DNA from: Eledone cirrhosa
Lineage: Eukaryota
Length of the DNA: 64,000 bases
Assembly: GCA_964016885.1 (NCBI GenBank)
Contig: OZ024743.1
Location: 285,882,001-285,946,000 of the forward strand
Reading direction: 5' to 3'
Below are positions 40,757 to 53,790 of this stretch, one piece after another. Made by a program: the position numbers and the translations under genes. The notes under the pieces were generated by a model. It was given only the letters and a program-made list of their open reading frames with translations, was not told the DNA's origin and searched no databases. The first letter of the stretch is position 1, and each line of letters starts with the position of its first letter.

Positions 40757-41269
40757 ATGGAGCCTTATACAAGAAGAAGATACACAAGACTTGAAACGAA
40801 AGAAGCGATGAAGCTTTTATGTCTTCCAAGTTCGAACTTTGTATCAAAAATCCCAAATCGTCCAGCCGGTGGAGAAATCTATTTATTTCAGCCTAGACTT
40901 CGTATGTATTTAGATAATTGGCGAACAGATGGTTATCGCTGGTCGAACAGAGGGACATCTACTATGTCCCTTAACAGATGTCCAGCTTTACGAAAAAGTT
41001 TCTTCTATTTAATGACTAAGGAAGGCCAGAAGAACAATTTTCAAAAGCATGTCTACAGATTGCTGGACAGTGACCAGAAGGTAGTCATTCATTATATCGG
41101 CGACGAAAAATTGTGTACGGACACTTCGGTTGCTCCCAGTAGAAAAAAAAGCCGACATACTTCACATTCAGTTCGATCCTTTTTACCACTGCCTGAACAA
41201 TTTAACAGAAAGAAAGATTTGATTGAAAGGAACAATAAGTACATTATGAAGAAAACAGATGCCTTTGAT
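40757..41269 (+). CDS. CG-1-like (CAMTA/MULE-type) DNA-binding domain, coding exon 1 of cassette 1
   Basis: RPAGGEIYLF, WRTDGYRW, FQKHVYRLL and VVIHYIG resemble CG-1 motifs. Intact ORF ending at the phase-0 donor GAT|GTAAGT (GT at 41270). Confidence 0.8.
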
Positions 41270-42684
41270 GTAAGTTTTGTATTTGAATTTGAATTACGAT
41301 AATTAAGTTGTTTTTTTTTGGGGGGGGGGGGGGGCTATATACACAACCGAATTCAAGAGCAACATCACGTTTCTTGTTACGGATAGGCAACAAAAAATAC
41401 TAAAGTGTTTGTTTTTTTAATCAGTAGTATCATCATCGATTAATCTGATTGTCCATTTGAGAATAATATATTTTTAAAGTCCTGCCTTATGCTCGTGTTT
41501 TTCGATAGTGCATGTTAGAGAAAAAATACAGTTTCACATTTTTAAGGATCTTTCGAACGAAGAACTATGTAATATATGGTGAAGTTAGTATAATTTAAAC
41601 TGTTCCTAACTGGTTCTCGGTATTGAAAATAGAAACATGTTTATTATCAAGAAAATGATACGTTGTGCTGTATCGTTGACACAGTCCTATCTTAATGTAA
41701 ATATGTGCCAGAGCACATGGTATAATTAGTATTTTACTTAAGTACATAGCTACAAATTCATTATAGAGAAAACTGCATTTGTAGTGGGCTGGCTCATTGA
41801 AAGATCTATTAAGTGATGTGACAAACGTTTTTGCTAATGTTGTTCCTGGCCTACGTGATCGATTGGAATTATCTTATTTAACTTAAGGTGTTAATGCTCT
41901 TTGGGAATGTATGAGTACCACAACCTCTTATATTTGTACTCGTCTTTTGCTGGAGTTCACGATAAGATTGGAGAGAAACCCACTAAATGATCCGTGTTTA
42001 ATAACTCACTGTTCGCCGGTGTTTCGAAACAGGAAGTGAACTCTCAGCCAAGTCGACCCGCCCACAACAGACTTTAGTGCTTACAATGAAATTAAAGCTT
42101 TAAATAGTTTTAGTATTTTTTTCTTCCCAGACATTAGAAACAGCTGTACTTAATTCTAGTTTTATATTAAATCATAAGAAAAAAAATTTATTTTTGATTG
42201 GATTCATAAGCAGTCACTTCTGGATATTTTTTCAAAAGTGACCGCACATTATAAACTGTACAATTGATTAAAAAATGTATAGAGTTAACGCAAATGACAG
42301 AGCGCCTGATTAGATGATTAACTAAAACAAATACATGTGTAACTGAATTAGAATTCAATTACACCTTTCCAAACAAAGGGTCGAGAGGACTCTTCAGTAA
42401 TAAGGTCCCTAGTGCTGGTTCCCCCAAAATGCACTCAGGGCGCTATATTGAGAGAGAGAGGGAGAACGTGTGAGATGTGGCCCATCTGTGAGGTCAGTAA
42501 CTCCAATTAAGTATTGACCTGACCTATCCAGCGTTTACTAGCAGGGAGAACATACATTAAATGAAGCTGATGGATGTGTGGAGGGGGAAGAAAGAGAGAT
42601 AGTGTATATGTATAGATATAAACTGCCGAGAAAACCATCATGGGCCTAATTTCATAGTGAGAGTATAACTGTTTATACTGTATT

Positions 42685-42818
42685 TACGTCCCTTTACGGA
42701 CTGAGCTCAAATCCCGCCAAGGTTAACTTTGCCGTTCATCCTTACGGGGTCGATAAAATAAAGTACCAGTAATACACTGGGATAATTGCTGGCCTTGTGC
42801 CAAAAGTAAAAACAATTA
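42685..42818 (+). mobile_element. SINE copy (5' truncated)
   Basis: Same family core and tail. Confidence 0.8.
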
Positions 42819-44297
42819 TTTATTCATAACTCGCACTTCTTAACTTTGTACTATTACGGAAATAACTGTACCATTTTGTTTGCATTGTTACTTTGTTTTG
42901 GAAAGGAGGAGTGAACAAGTTCTGATGAGCTTTTAAATAATAAATACTTGAAAATAATCACTTCAGAATTCTTAGAGCAAAGAGAATGCACAAGAAAGAA
43001 AATCACACGCTTTCTTTTAAAATTATTCATTAAGGGGGAATAACTAAATCTTATAAAAAATGTTCACAGATGTCTTGATTATTGTCTAAAAGTCTACTAA
43101 CACGCCTTTTTTTTTTTTAGTTTGAATATTAGTATTTATATTAAAGTGAAATCGTAACCGTTGGAATATCTTTTTATTGGAGCAGGGAATTTCTACTCAT
43201 ATCTTCCAACAGGAATTAATAAATTATTTATAGATTATTGAATCCAGGTAAAAGCACTTATCATCTTTATGCCTACAAATATATTTTAAGTTATGGTGTT
43301 TATATAATTCTGCTTTCTCGGTCAATTTTGAGAAAAAAAACCAAGTTGCCAAGATAAGAGGTTCTGTAAATTAAGATAATCTTAAAGGCTTTGTAAATTG
43401 TTAGATATTTCCTGCTAGATAATGTTAATTGCCCTTGAAAAAGGTGTTCTTATTATTACTTACACCCTTGTCAGAATGTAAAATTGTTTTTTAAAATGTC
43501 TATATTTACATTATTCAAATATTCCATTTTTATTTCAGCCATATGATATTTATGATGTGTTTTGTTTTTTGTTTAATACATTCCTATATTAGAGAAAAAA
43601 GAACTGGCAAACTTTTGACACAACATAAAACTCACTAACTTAAATGATTTGTGATATCAATATTTACATTAGCACCAAACCATAGATTTACAGTTGTAGA
43701 GTATAGTTGGATTAAGCCCAGTGCATGAAACTAAATTCTGTAAGGCATTTAATCCAGGATTCTACCATCTCCACTACAGCAACCCATAAAAAGAAATTAG
43801 CAATATTAATTTTATACATTCTTAATAAAGCTACAAATCTTTTAGATGGTACATTCAAATGAATTAACCCCTGTATATGACTAGTACATATTTTATCAAT
43901 TGCAGAGAAATGAAGGAAACACTCAGAGTTTAATTTCTAGATTCAGCACTCTATTGTTTCTGCTATTCAAGCACACTAACGTAAGAAGATATGCCTACAT
44001 GTTTTGGCTGTGATATTTTTTGAAAGGGCATAAACATCATAGTCTTAGACTACCATTTCCGAATAGGCTGTAGGCAACATGGTTAATCATGAAATTAATA
44101 TTAAAACAACTTTTCCAGCATAAAGTACATTTTATAATATCCAAGATTCAGAACAAACAATACATGTTTTTTGTTAATTTACAAATATAAGTTCATCTTC
44201 AAATCTAATGATCCAGTTCTAATTATTTAAAGCTGTATTACTTGAGTAAACTTATTAATAAATTACCCTACTAATTCATTATTGTTATATGTTTTAG

Positions 44298-44367
44298 ATA
44301 AAAAAGGTGTGGGAAAAGGTGATCCCATCCCAAGCCATATACAACAGTTACCTTCTGGATAGTCATC
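44298..44367 (+). CDS. Predicted 70-nt second exon of the CG-1 cassette (IKKVWEKVIPSQAIYNSYLLDSH), phase 0 in, phase 1 out
   Basis: Branch-like CTAAT at ~44271, acceptor GTTTTAG, open in the frame required by the 41270 donor, donor C|GTAAGT. Confidence 0.65.
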
Positions 44368-44700
44368 GTAAGTATAATTAAATATTTATGTAAAATTACA
44401 CTTGTTACACATGTTTTCCCTTAGACTGTCTGTCAATTTATCTGTCTCTCTCTTTCTCTATTTTATTCAAAGTAATAAAAATGTAAATAATAAGTGACTT
44501 TCATTAAATCTTTGACTAATAGCAACAAAGTCGTGAGCTCAAAATGTTACACCTCCTTTGTATTGTGTCTCAAAACAAGGTTTTTCACTAGAAGTCTGTT
44601 TGTTGATCTGAAACCTATGTGCCACAATTGCATGATCAGTGGTCAGTAGGCCATTTAATTTGATATGGAATATTTTTTGTTTATTATGCATGAATATATG

Positions 44701-44733
<33 letters not shown>

Positions 44734-44749
44734 GTAGGTGTCTTGACAA

Positions 44750-44976
44750 AAAGTATCCAACCCACACTGTGAAGTGGTCATGTAGGAGACATGGCAAAAA
44801 GCACCCAACCCACACTGTAAAGAGGTTGGTGTTAGGAAGGGCATCCAGCTGTAGAAATATTGCCAGAAACAGTCCTATATGAACGGGACACGGTCACCCA
44901 ACCCAACTTGCGTTTAATGGGATAAACCCGTCTAACTCATGCTAGCGTGGAAAATAGACATTAAATGATGATGATG
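44750..44976 (+). mobile_element. RTE-related 3' tail repeat (other copies at ~52460-52700 -, 53810-54030 +, 54370-54690 +, 56065-56330 -, 63840-64000 +)
   Basis: CACACTGTAAA..GGTTGGTGTTAGGAAGGGCATCCAGC..CATGCTAGCGTGGAAAA..(GAT)n. Confidence 0.8.
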
Positions 44977-45489
44977 TATAGTAGTGAAAAATAAGAAGGT
45001 TTATATCCAAAGTTGGTAGAGAACTCAATCCAAAGAACAAGTTCAGTATAGAGTTCTCACTATAACCACACACAGGTTGAAAATCCTATTTAGGTGAAAC
45101 GCATGTTCTCAAGTATGGTTTGGTAATTATGGAATTAACTCCCTCTCTCTCTCACTATATATATATATGTATATATATTAGAGTATTTGTCACATGGTTG
45201 TATAATCATGGGTTCACTTATCAGTGACGTATTGTGCCATTGTGCAAAACACTTTACATTGCTCCAGTTCACTCAACTGGCAAAAAGGAGTTGTAGCTGT
45301 AATTAAAAGAGCTAGCTGAATCTCCCTGAAAACCATGTTATGGGTGCATGTTTTGGCATGTTAATTTCTCAAGCAGTCTGTTCCATTGTTTGGACAACTG
45401 GAACACTCGTCATCTGACATACACACACATATATATGTGTGGAAATACAGAGGTTGTGTCGTAACTGAAGGGTCCTCGCAACCTTTTCG

Positions 45490-46960
45490 GTATGGTTTCA
45501 ATGTGTATTGTGGGGTGATCATAGCTGAGAGAAATTATCCAAGTAGCTGAGAACAAATGTTCTTTACAGCACCAACTTGGTTTCCCAATCCTTTGTCCTG
45601 AATGTCTTCTGAATCCACCTGGCCATTCATCTGTACATTGCCATCATTGTGGAGATATGTGCATGAAACAATGTATCGTTGCTCATATCAATTCCCAGAT
45701 CACACACTGATTTTGATCGCTTTGGCTTCAGTGTGTCTGTTTATAATGAGTTTGTGGTAGTAGGTTGTTAGCAGAGGATTTGAAATGTTCCAGCTTTAAA
45801 CTGGTATCTAAATCTCACTGTAAGAGAGTAGCATTAGCCAGATTTTTTATTGCCTATGTCAGCATAGCTAGTGAGAGCAGCTGCCTGTTGAATTGGGGTC
45901 ATGGCCAAGAGAGCCACTACAAACATCAGTGGCCCCAGGATAATTCCCTGAAGGACTCCACTCACTATTAGTGTTTCTACTGAAAGGGAACCAACAGCCT
46001 AGTTTCTGCCAGTCATGCTCCTTTCTCCCAGGTTTCCAAACATGCTGAGGCCACATAGTTTGTGACACATCATTCTATGATTGATTTTATCAATTGGCTT
46101 TTGCAAAGTTGAGATATATCGCATCAACATTTAAGTGTTTTAGCAGCTGTTTCAATATCCAGTCATAATGCTATATGAGCTGTGTCAAGAAGCTTCTTCC
46201 TGGTTGAAAGCCATGCTGAGTGTTAGGTCATATTTTTCCAGGAATGTAATCAGTTTCTTTCTGATAATTTGTTCCATGGCATTGATATGTAAGGTCAGAG
46301 ATAGGGCTGTAATTTTTAACATTTGCTCAACTTCCTCTTTTATGGGTAGAGCATATGCCTTTCTTTAACTTTCTGGGGAATTTACCACTTGCAAGGAAGC
46401 TGTGGAAGAAGATCTGTAGTGGTTTTACTATAGGTCATTTACATGTGTTTAAGATGATTGCTGGAAGCCCACCAGGGCCAGAAGCTGAATTTGTGTTCAT
46501 TTCATTTATGGCTGATAGTACATCATCCTCTTTTATGCTGATGTAGTTGATGGTTGCCATTTCTATGTGTAGAGCTGTGGTGTCAAAAACTCATCTGGCT
46601 TATTTATTTGCATGTCCCATCACATATCTTTTGGGAGTCTGCAGTCAGTGATTCATCATCTTGGAACAGAGGCCCTGTCTTGTGGTGTACTGAAGCAGAT
46701 GATTTTGCAAATTTAAAGAGAGCTTTAGTGTTTCTTTTTATATCCCTCTTTATCTCACATGAATGCTTAAGCACATTCCCAATTTTTACCAGCGTCTTAA
46801 TTTAGTGGGATTTCTCGCTGTCTCTTATTTATCTTTGAATCCTTAAATTGTTTATTTAGGCAATCTTTGTTCTTTGTGTCATAAGAACTTTTATGTCACT
46901 GGGAATTTTATTTTGTGTGTGTTGACATTTATACTGGAACAAATTTCGGCAATAGTGGTT
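45490..46960 (-). mobile_element. Decayed CR1/Jockey-like LINE reverse transcriptase
   Basis: Minus strand remnants GFQPGRS, VDAIYLNFAKA and QHVWKPGRK, with many stops and frameshifts. Confidence 0.7.
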
Positions 46961-47379
46961 GACTCAAAATAATGGAAAATTCATAAAAAATATCCCTTGA
47001 ATTTAATAGATGGTGAGATTAAAAAGACAAAGGAACTAGATATATCTCAACTTAGGACTTTTAGATAAAAAGTTAAGTAGGATATTCTGTTCGTCAACAC
47101 CAATCAACATTTATGATCCAGGAGTACCAAACATATGCCACCATTATTGCAAATCTGTCAATCCTGTTCTAAAGCTCAAAAAAGAAAGTTCTGGTGAAAG
47201 AAACCTCAATCAAACAAGTTAGCTTGAATAAATAGCTGTCAATCAATAAATCAATATTCATTATTTCAAATGAAATAATAGAACAGAGAGAAATATGTGC
47301 ACATACATAAACCATATTAACATAATGTCTTGAGGGAGATAAAATAAGTGGCTTTTTCCTGAATTGCAGTGACTTTTGC

Positions 47380-48200
47380 ATTCAGTTCTTTTGTGACCAT
47401 TCTTTGGAATGTGGTCTCGGTCTTTGTCTCTGGCAGCAACCTCTTGATGGTTGATGTAGCAGAAGACACTCAGCATGGAAGTTACTAATTGGATGCCAGA
47501 TTTCATGACCAATCCATGACAATCGCCGGTTTCGTACATGAGCATTGTGATGTGACTGCTGTGCCTGTGAACATTTCTGCATTTGTTATGCGATCTTAGT
47601 ATGTTTGTTACACCACAGATAATGCGTAGACAATTTGTGTGAAATGTGTTCACTGCTCATTTTTGTGTTTGCCTATGAATGTCCATATAGGTGCAGAGAG
47701 TCAAGGATCAGCCATAGGAAGATACACATACCACCAAACAACAACGGAATGAGGTACACTAATTTCTGTCAACAGAACAGCTTGCATGACCTTCAGTCAC
47801 ATTTCAACTATAGTGATACTCATAAATGGACATGGTTACATTCTGCCGGCGATAAAAATCAACTGAGCCTAATAGCAGTAAAATCTAAATAGATTGGGTC
47901 CTTCACTAACTGTCGAGCAAATTCTAGTGTTGAAATAAATTCAGATCATAGAATTGTGTCCTGTCATTTTTGGATGAAACCGAACAGCGATCGAGTAAAA
48001 TATACTAAAAGATGTCTTTACAACTGGTCACAACTACCATGTGTCAAATCTACTTAATCAGACAGCTGATGATCAATTTCAGAGTAGTAACGAACTGAAT
48101 GATATCCTTATTAAAGCAGTCAAAAATACTACAATGCAAGTACTTGGAAAATGTGAGAGAAGCACACACCATAAGCCTAAATGGGTCTCACAAAATACAC
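47380..48200. mobile_element. RTE-like LINE fragments (C-terminal part on -, endonuclease part on +)
   Basis: FHTNCLRIICG and RRLSWIGH on the minus strand; NNNGMR, HKWTWLH and SDHRIV on the plus strand. Confidence 0.65.
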
Positions 48201-50809
48201 CATCACAATGTACAGAAATTGAAATATGTAAATGGCATGGGAAATCTCATTGCGGTTACAGCGGCAGATGAGCTTGTCAAATGGCTGTAAGATAGTTAAA
48301 ATAATTATTGTGTACCACTACTATTTCTGAGATACAACATATTTATCCATTCAGTAAGAAAATATACCTTTTTATTCCTACACCTGATGGATAGATGAAA
48401 TATCCACTTTAGCATATGTAAGATTATGTATATCTGTATATAGGGTAGATGGTCATAGTTGGGGAGCGAAATATGGAGAAACGAAGATTGAGAGAGGGGA
48501 AAAGAGTTGGCCACACAAAAAATTATGTATGTTTGTGTGTGAATGTATGTATAAGAGAGACTAAGAGTATCATCTTTATGTAAGTATGATTTACAGATAC
48601 AAGCTAAGTATTATCCATTGGACATAGTTCATATATTTGCTGTTACATGCATGACTTGTAAATATGTACATATTGTAAGAATGTAGGTGTCTGTGTGCTT
48701 GTGAAGGCAAACGTTTGTAACTGCAGTAATGACTGTTGGTTTATATAATAAAAATATATTCTTTTCTCGTGAGAGTTATAGTTGGTTGAATTTGTTGGGA
48801 GTCATTTTATTCAAAATATATGCTTAAGAGTATATAAAGCAAACCATTTGTAGTGTAGAATGGACTATTTGAGCTACAGTCCAGTTACAAACAAACAACA
48901 GCTTTAGTATTATAGAGACAGAAGTAGCTAACTGGTACTATACAAAATTTTGTGAACTATTACTGCTCTATAATTATAGTTGTTTATACAATGATGACAA
49001 GAAGCAAATGTAATTAACATCAAAACAAAAGCATGAAATTATAAAATGTTACAAGAATACACTCTGTAAATGTAGGAATGTATGTGAGATGCACCTCCCC
49101 CGGTCCATCTGAAAGGTCAGTAACTCTGATTAACTACTGACTTCGTCTTTGATGGTCCGTCCAACTTTTGTTAGCATAGAGGATAGCTCAAGATTAGCAG
49201 CTGTGTATATCAAAAGTAGAAAAATTGTGATTGATGTAGACCAGCACAAACCATATGAAATGGCTTTAGGTTCTTTTGTAAAAACGAAATATTAATCAGC
49301 TTAGATCAATAAAAGATGAAGTATTTACAGCAACCCACTGTTGGTTTGTGCATTTTACAGTATAAAAATATTTATAAGTAATAACGTATAGTTATACACT
49401 AGTGGGCTCATGCTGTCAATATTGAAAGCATCTCACATATATTAAAACTTATATGTATGGTTATGCAAAAGAATGGGGGAGTTTAAAGTCTCTACAATGG
49501 ATGAGTGAAGTGAAAGGCGGTTTCTTAGATGGATAGATAACTGGCCTTTGAAATCATTCTAAATATATGCCGTTAGGACATTAGAGAGCAATGGCGTGCT
49601 AACATTTGTTGCTATATTATTTACATTTGCTGTAAATATATAAAACTTAATACGAAATATATATGATCGCTATCTGTTTTATTGTAAACACTTGTCTGAG
49701 CAATGTATTTCGTAGTGCGGCTTTAAATTTTACCGCTTTCATCTAGTTTTTACTTCTCTACGGCTCTCTCCTCTCTTTATCTATCCATTTCCCTTTTCTC
49801 TCGTATTCTATTACACATTACAACGTGCATAAGTCGTTAAGGGCCGAAACACTCGTCGTTGTGTTTCTTCTGTGAAGACCCGCTATCCAGCTTTCCTGGG
49901 AGTGTCTTGCCATTATAACATCAAACAGTTTCTTTTACTTCTCCCCCTACTCCCTCGAAACACGAGAGCGTTTATGAAGAATAGGAAGAGAGGATTTGTT
50001 AGTAAAGTTGTAAGAGTGAGAAAGAAGGGGAGATAAAAATAAAAAAAGAGAGAGAGAAATAGATAACCACAGAATGAGAAATTTCATAAAAAGTTACCCT
50101 CAGGTAATGAATATATGTAGATACAGATGTATAATGCGTATTTTTATATTGAATTAAGGGTACAAGAAACTTAATTAAAACATGATATCCTAAAAATGTT
50201 TATACAGACTAGCATTTCAACGATATTAGAAATCATAAGCATTCAACTGAAGTATATAGTAAAGATAGATAAGCTGCTCACTGGACTTGAACTTCATATC
50301 TATCACTTATTGGACGACCGTGTATTAATTGCACTACAGTGTGTCCTACAATGTAATCGGTAACACGGTCAGTCCTCCCTCCCTTTCGAATTCGTTCTTG
50401 TAATGTTTAATGTTATTTACATTCTGAACTGATTCATATTCTATAGTTTGTTTTAGCAATCAGAGTTAAGGTTATGCCGGTGTAATATATTTCCTTATTT
50501 ATATTAGTTGAACTTCTTCCGACATATTTGTTAACTGACAAAGTGTTGGTTATTCTATCCTTTGCCGACACGTTGCCTATCATCTGCCTTCCGTAATTTT
50601 GCTCGTTGATAATCACGTGACACACTTATTGCCTTCCATACATTGTTTAATTCCTTCATACGGAATATATATTTAATACTTTTAAGGTAGCAATGTGGTA
50701 TCGATATTTCACTTTTGTTTTTGGAAACAACCAGTCTCTATTCCTGACATTTTCCAAATTCTAAGAATGTCTTGTACTATAGCAATATTTTATTAAATTT
50801 CTTTCCATT

Positions 50810-51062
50810 ATGCTGTCCGAGTGTATTGTTAAAGGCTGTCGCTCAAACAGCTGCATAAACAAATCAATAGCATTTTTTCTACTACCTTGGGACAACATAC
50901 AACTGCGGACAACCTGGGTTAGGTCGGCTGGTTACGATCCACTCGATGCCAATGACGTGAAACACATCACTAGGGAGCATAGCATTTGTAGTCTCCATTT
51001 TGTTAATAACCAGAGCGACTTACTACAGGGGAGCATTCCGACTCTGAATCTTCCAATTCAAG
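50810..51062 (+). CDS. THAP zinc-finger domain exon (cassette 2)
   Basis: C-x4-C ... FFLLP ... W ... ICSLHF ... SIPTL (C2CH plus an AVPT-like box). Ends exactly after the domain at the phase-1 donor AAG|GTACGA (GT at 51063). Confidence 0.88.
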
Positions 51063-51646
51063 GTACGATTATTTATTCTCTTCGTTAAAACAAACTCATA
51101 CTCAGAAATAAGTTGATTTTTCTCTATACTTCGCATTACTAAAGTGTATAATATCCAATATTAATTTGTTTGGCGGCTGCGGATGTATCGTTTCCGACAC
51201 CGTGCTAATGTCAACATGTTTTGCTTATTTTTTTTTGTGTTATTTTGTTTTGTTTATGCGACTGACTTCAGTCTCAGTCATTTTTTATCTTTTAGTTGCA
51301 AAGAGACGTAATTCAACGCACTGAACTCGACATGACTGTTTAATGTTTTTTGTTTTCTTTTTTCTATTCTTGAGGTAAAATAAAACATCGTTCAACAGAA
51401 ATGTAGAATATATTAATGAAATAAAATAATAGAAATTATTCCGAGAATGTTCAATTCAGATACTTTCCGTCGGCGATTTTTTTTAGTATAATGTACCAGA
51501 TTCATTTTCTCAAACTTTTGCTAATACCATGTTTGTTTAGCAGACGCGGAAGACTTTTTTTTATTGATAATGTGCTGCGGCCAGATTGTTGTTATGTTGT
51601 TTAACCCTTTTATCATTTCTAATGAAATACATTATTTAATCTGGGC

Positions 51647-52305
51647 GGTGGATTGGCAGTATCGGTAGAGGGTCGGATGCCATGCTTTCCAGCATAGTTA
51701 CGTCCCTTTACGATCTGAGTTCAAATCCCTTTTGCCTTTCATCCTTACGGGGTCGATAAAATAAAGTACCAGTAATGCACTGGACAATTGCTGGCCTTGT
51801 GCCTAAAGTAGAAACAATTATTTCATCTGAATTAATGAAAAATTTGGGATTTACCAAAATTATTTATCTTTTCATTATTAAGATGGTATATGTAATGTAA
51901 TTTATCAAAAGGTTGAAAGGTTTTAATTTAGATAGAAGCACTTTAAAATTCATGGATTTATTTCATAGAATCAGAAGCTGTTTTCAGATAGTTGGTATCT
52001 AAAAGAGTTAAGAGGTTTGTGCCTGTATATCATACATTTGGCAGTATCGGTAGAGGGTCGGACGCCATGCTTTGCAGCATAGTTACGGCCCTTGTCATTC
52101 TGAGTTCAAATCCTGCCGAGGTTAACTTTGCCTTTCATCCTTACAGGGTCTATAAAATAAAGTACCAGTAATGCACTGTGTAATTGCTGCCTTGTGCCAA
52201 AAGTTAGAAACAATTGTTAAATTTTAAGGGCAGTGGATTGGCAGCATCCCTAGAGTGTCATACACCATGTTTTGCAACATAGAGTTATGGCCCTTTACGT
52301 TCTGT
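51647..52305 (+). mobile_element. Cluster of three SINE copies (51647-51818, 52038-52214, partial 52234-52305)
   Basis: Same family as 23583-23768. Confidence 0.8.
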
Positions 52306-53651
52306 GGAAATAGGCGAGACAAATTATTTCCACAGAAATTATGCAAGAGACCAATGGAGAAAAGATTCCTGAAGATTAGTTTGAGGAGTCGCAAAGAAAC
52401 GCCAAATAGAAAGGCATTGGCACTACTTAACATTGTCGGAAATAATATTGATTGTAGATCATCATCATCATCGTTTAACGTCTATCTCCCACGCTAGCAT
52501 GGGTTAGACGGGAGTTGTCCCACTTCAGGCAGGATTGGTCGGGTGACCGTGTCTCGCTCGTATCTGGCAGGTTTTCTCTATGGCTGGATGCCCTTCCTAA
52601 CACCAACCACATTTACAGTGTGGGCTGGGAGCTTTTTACCGTGTTTCCTACACGACCACATTACAGCGTGGACTGTGTTTTTTTTTTGTTGTGACACCTA
52701 CACAACCTCATTTGTTTGAACTGGATGTTGTGGTACCAACATAACTTTATAGAGAAAGGGTGGTGTTGGCGGGAATGGGGGGTGGAGAAGGGGTAGTGGG
52801 TTGAGGTGTATGTTTGGTTTAGAGGGGCCTACTGACTGTAGGTTAACTTTGCATGTAGGGAAGGCGGGTCTTCTGTATAACTGTGTGGTGCCAAAGATCT
52901 CGATCCAGTGACATTGTCTTAGAGAAGTGCAAGTGTGCAAGGTCAGAATTTATCATGCTGTCGCAGGTTTTTCAGGGTCTGCCTACTCCGTAACTTCCAT
53001 CAATTTTGATTGCCCTGCACTTTTTTATATAGCTGTCGTCTTTCATGCGTATCACGTGACCATACCAACGTAATCTTCTCTCAAGATCAATAATGATATT
53101 CTGACAACACCTTAGGCAAGTGTTTTTGATAGCGCCAACTCAATTTATGAGTCGATTTAGTAGGCAGAAACTATATAAAGCCCATCATATATGTGTGTTT
53201 GTCTCTGCCTCTACACATTCATTACATAAATGCAAATAGTGAAATTAGTCCCACATAAACAAAGGGTTAGAAGTGTGAAGATCCATACCTTAGTGAGGGA
53301 AAGGTATCAAATTGTAAAAAAATTTTAAATCCATTCCATCATTAAAAAATGGATGTAAAACTGATGGTAATGATGATGATGAAGGTCTTGTGGGCAGTTC
53401 TTACTGGTCTTGAAAAGCACTATGTAAGTCAAATTTGTATTTATGTTACATGGCATTATTACTATATCTCCCACAAATTTGAGATTTTTAATTTTCCATA
53501 TTTTTAAAAGAGGCTGCAACCTATTTAAAAGTTTAGATCACCAAAGATTATATTGCTCAGGTTGAATAGCAATGCTCTTGATATTTTGATAATTCCCATC
53601 TGGGAGATAAAAATTTTTCAAACATTTAGGTGTTACAATTCCATTAATGAA

Positions 53652-53790
53652 GGCACATGGCTTAGTGGTTAGAGCATTGGGCTTGCAATCAAAAGGTTGT
53701 GAGTTCAATTCTCGGACCGGGTGATGTGTGGTTTCCTTGAGCAAGATACTTTATTTCACATTGCTCCAGTTTACTCAGCTGTAGAAATGA
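53652..53790 (+). mobile_element. Second tRNA-derived SINE family
   Basis: A box TGGCTTAGTGG, B-box-like GAGTTCAATTC, then CCTTGAGCAAGATACTT..TTGCTCCAG; no acceptor stem. Confidence 0.7.
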
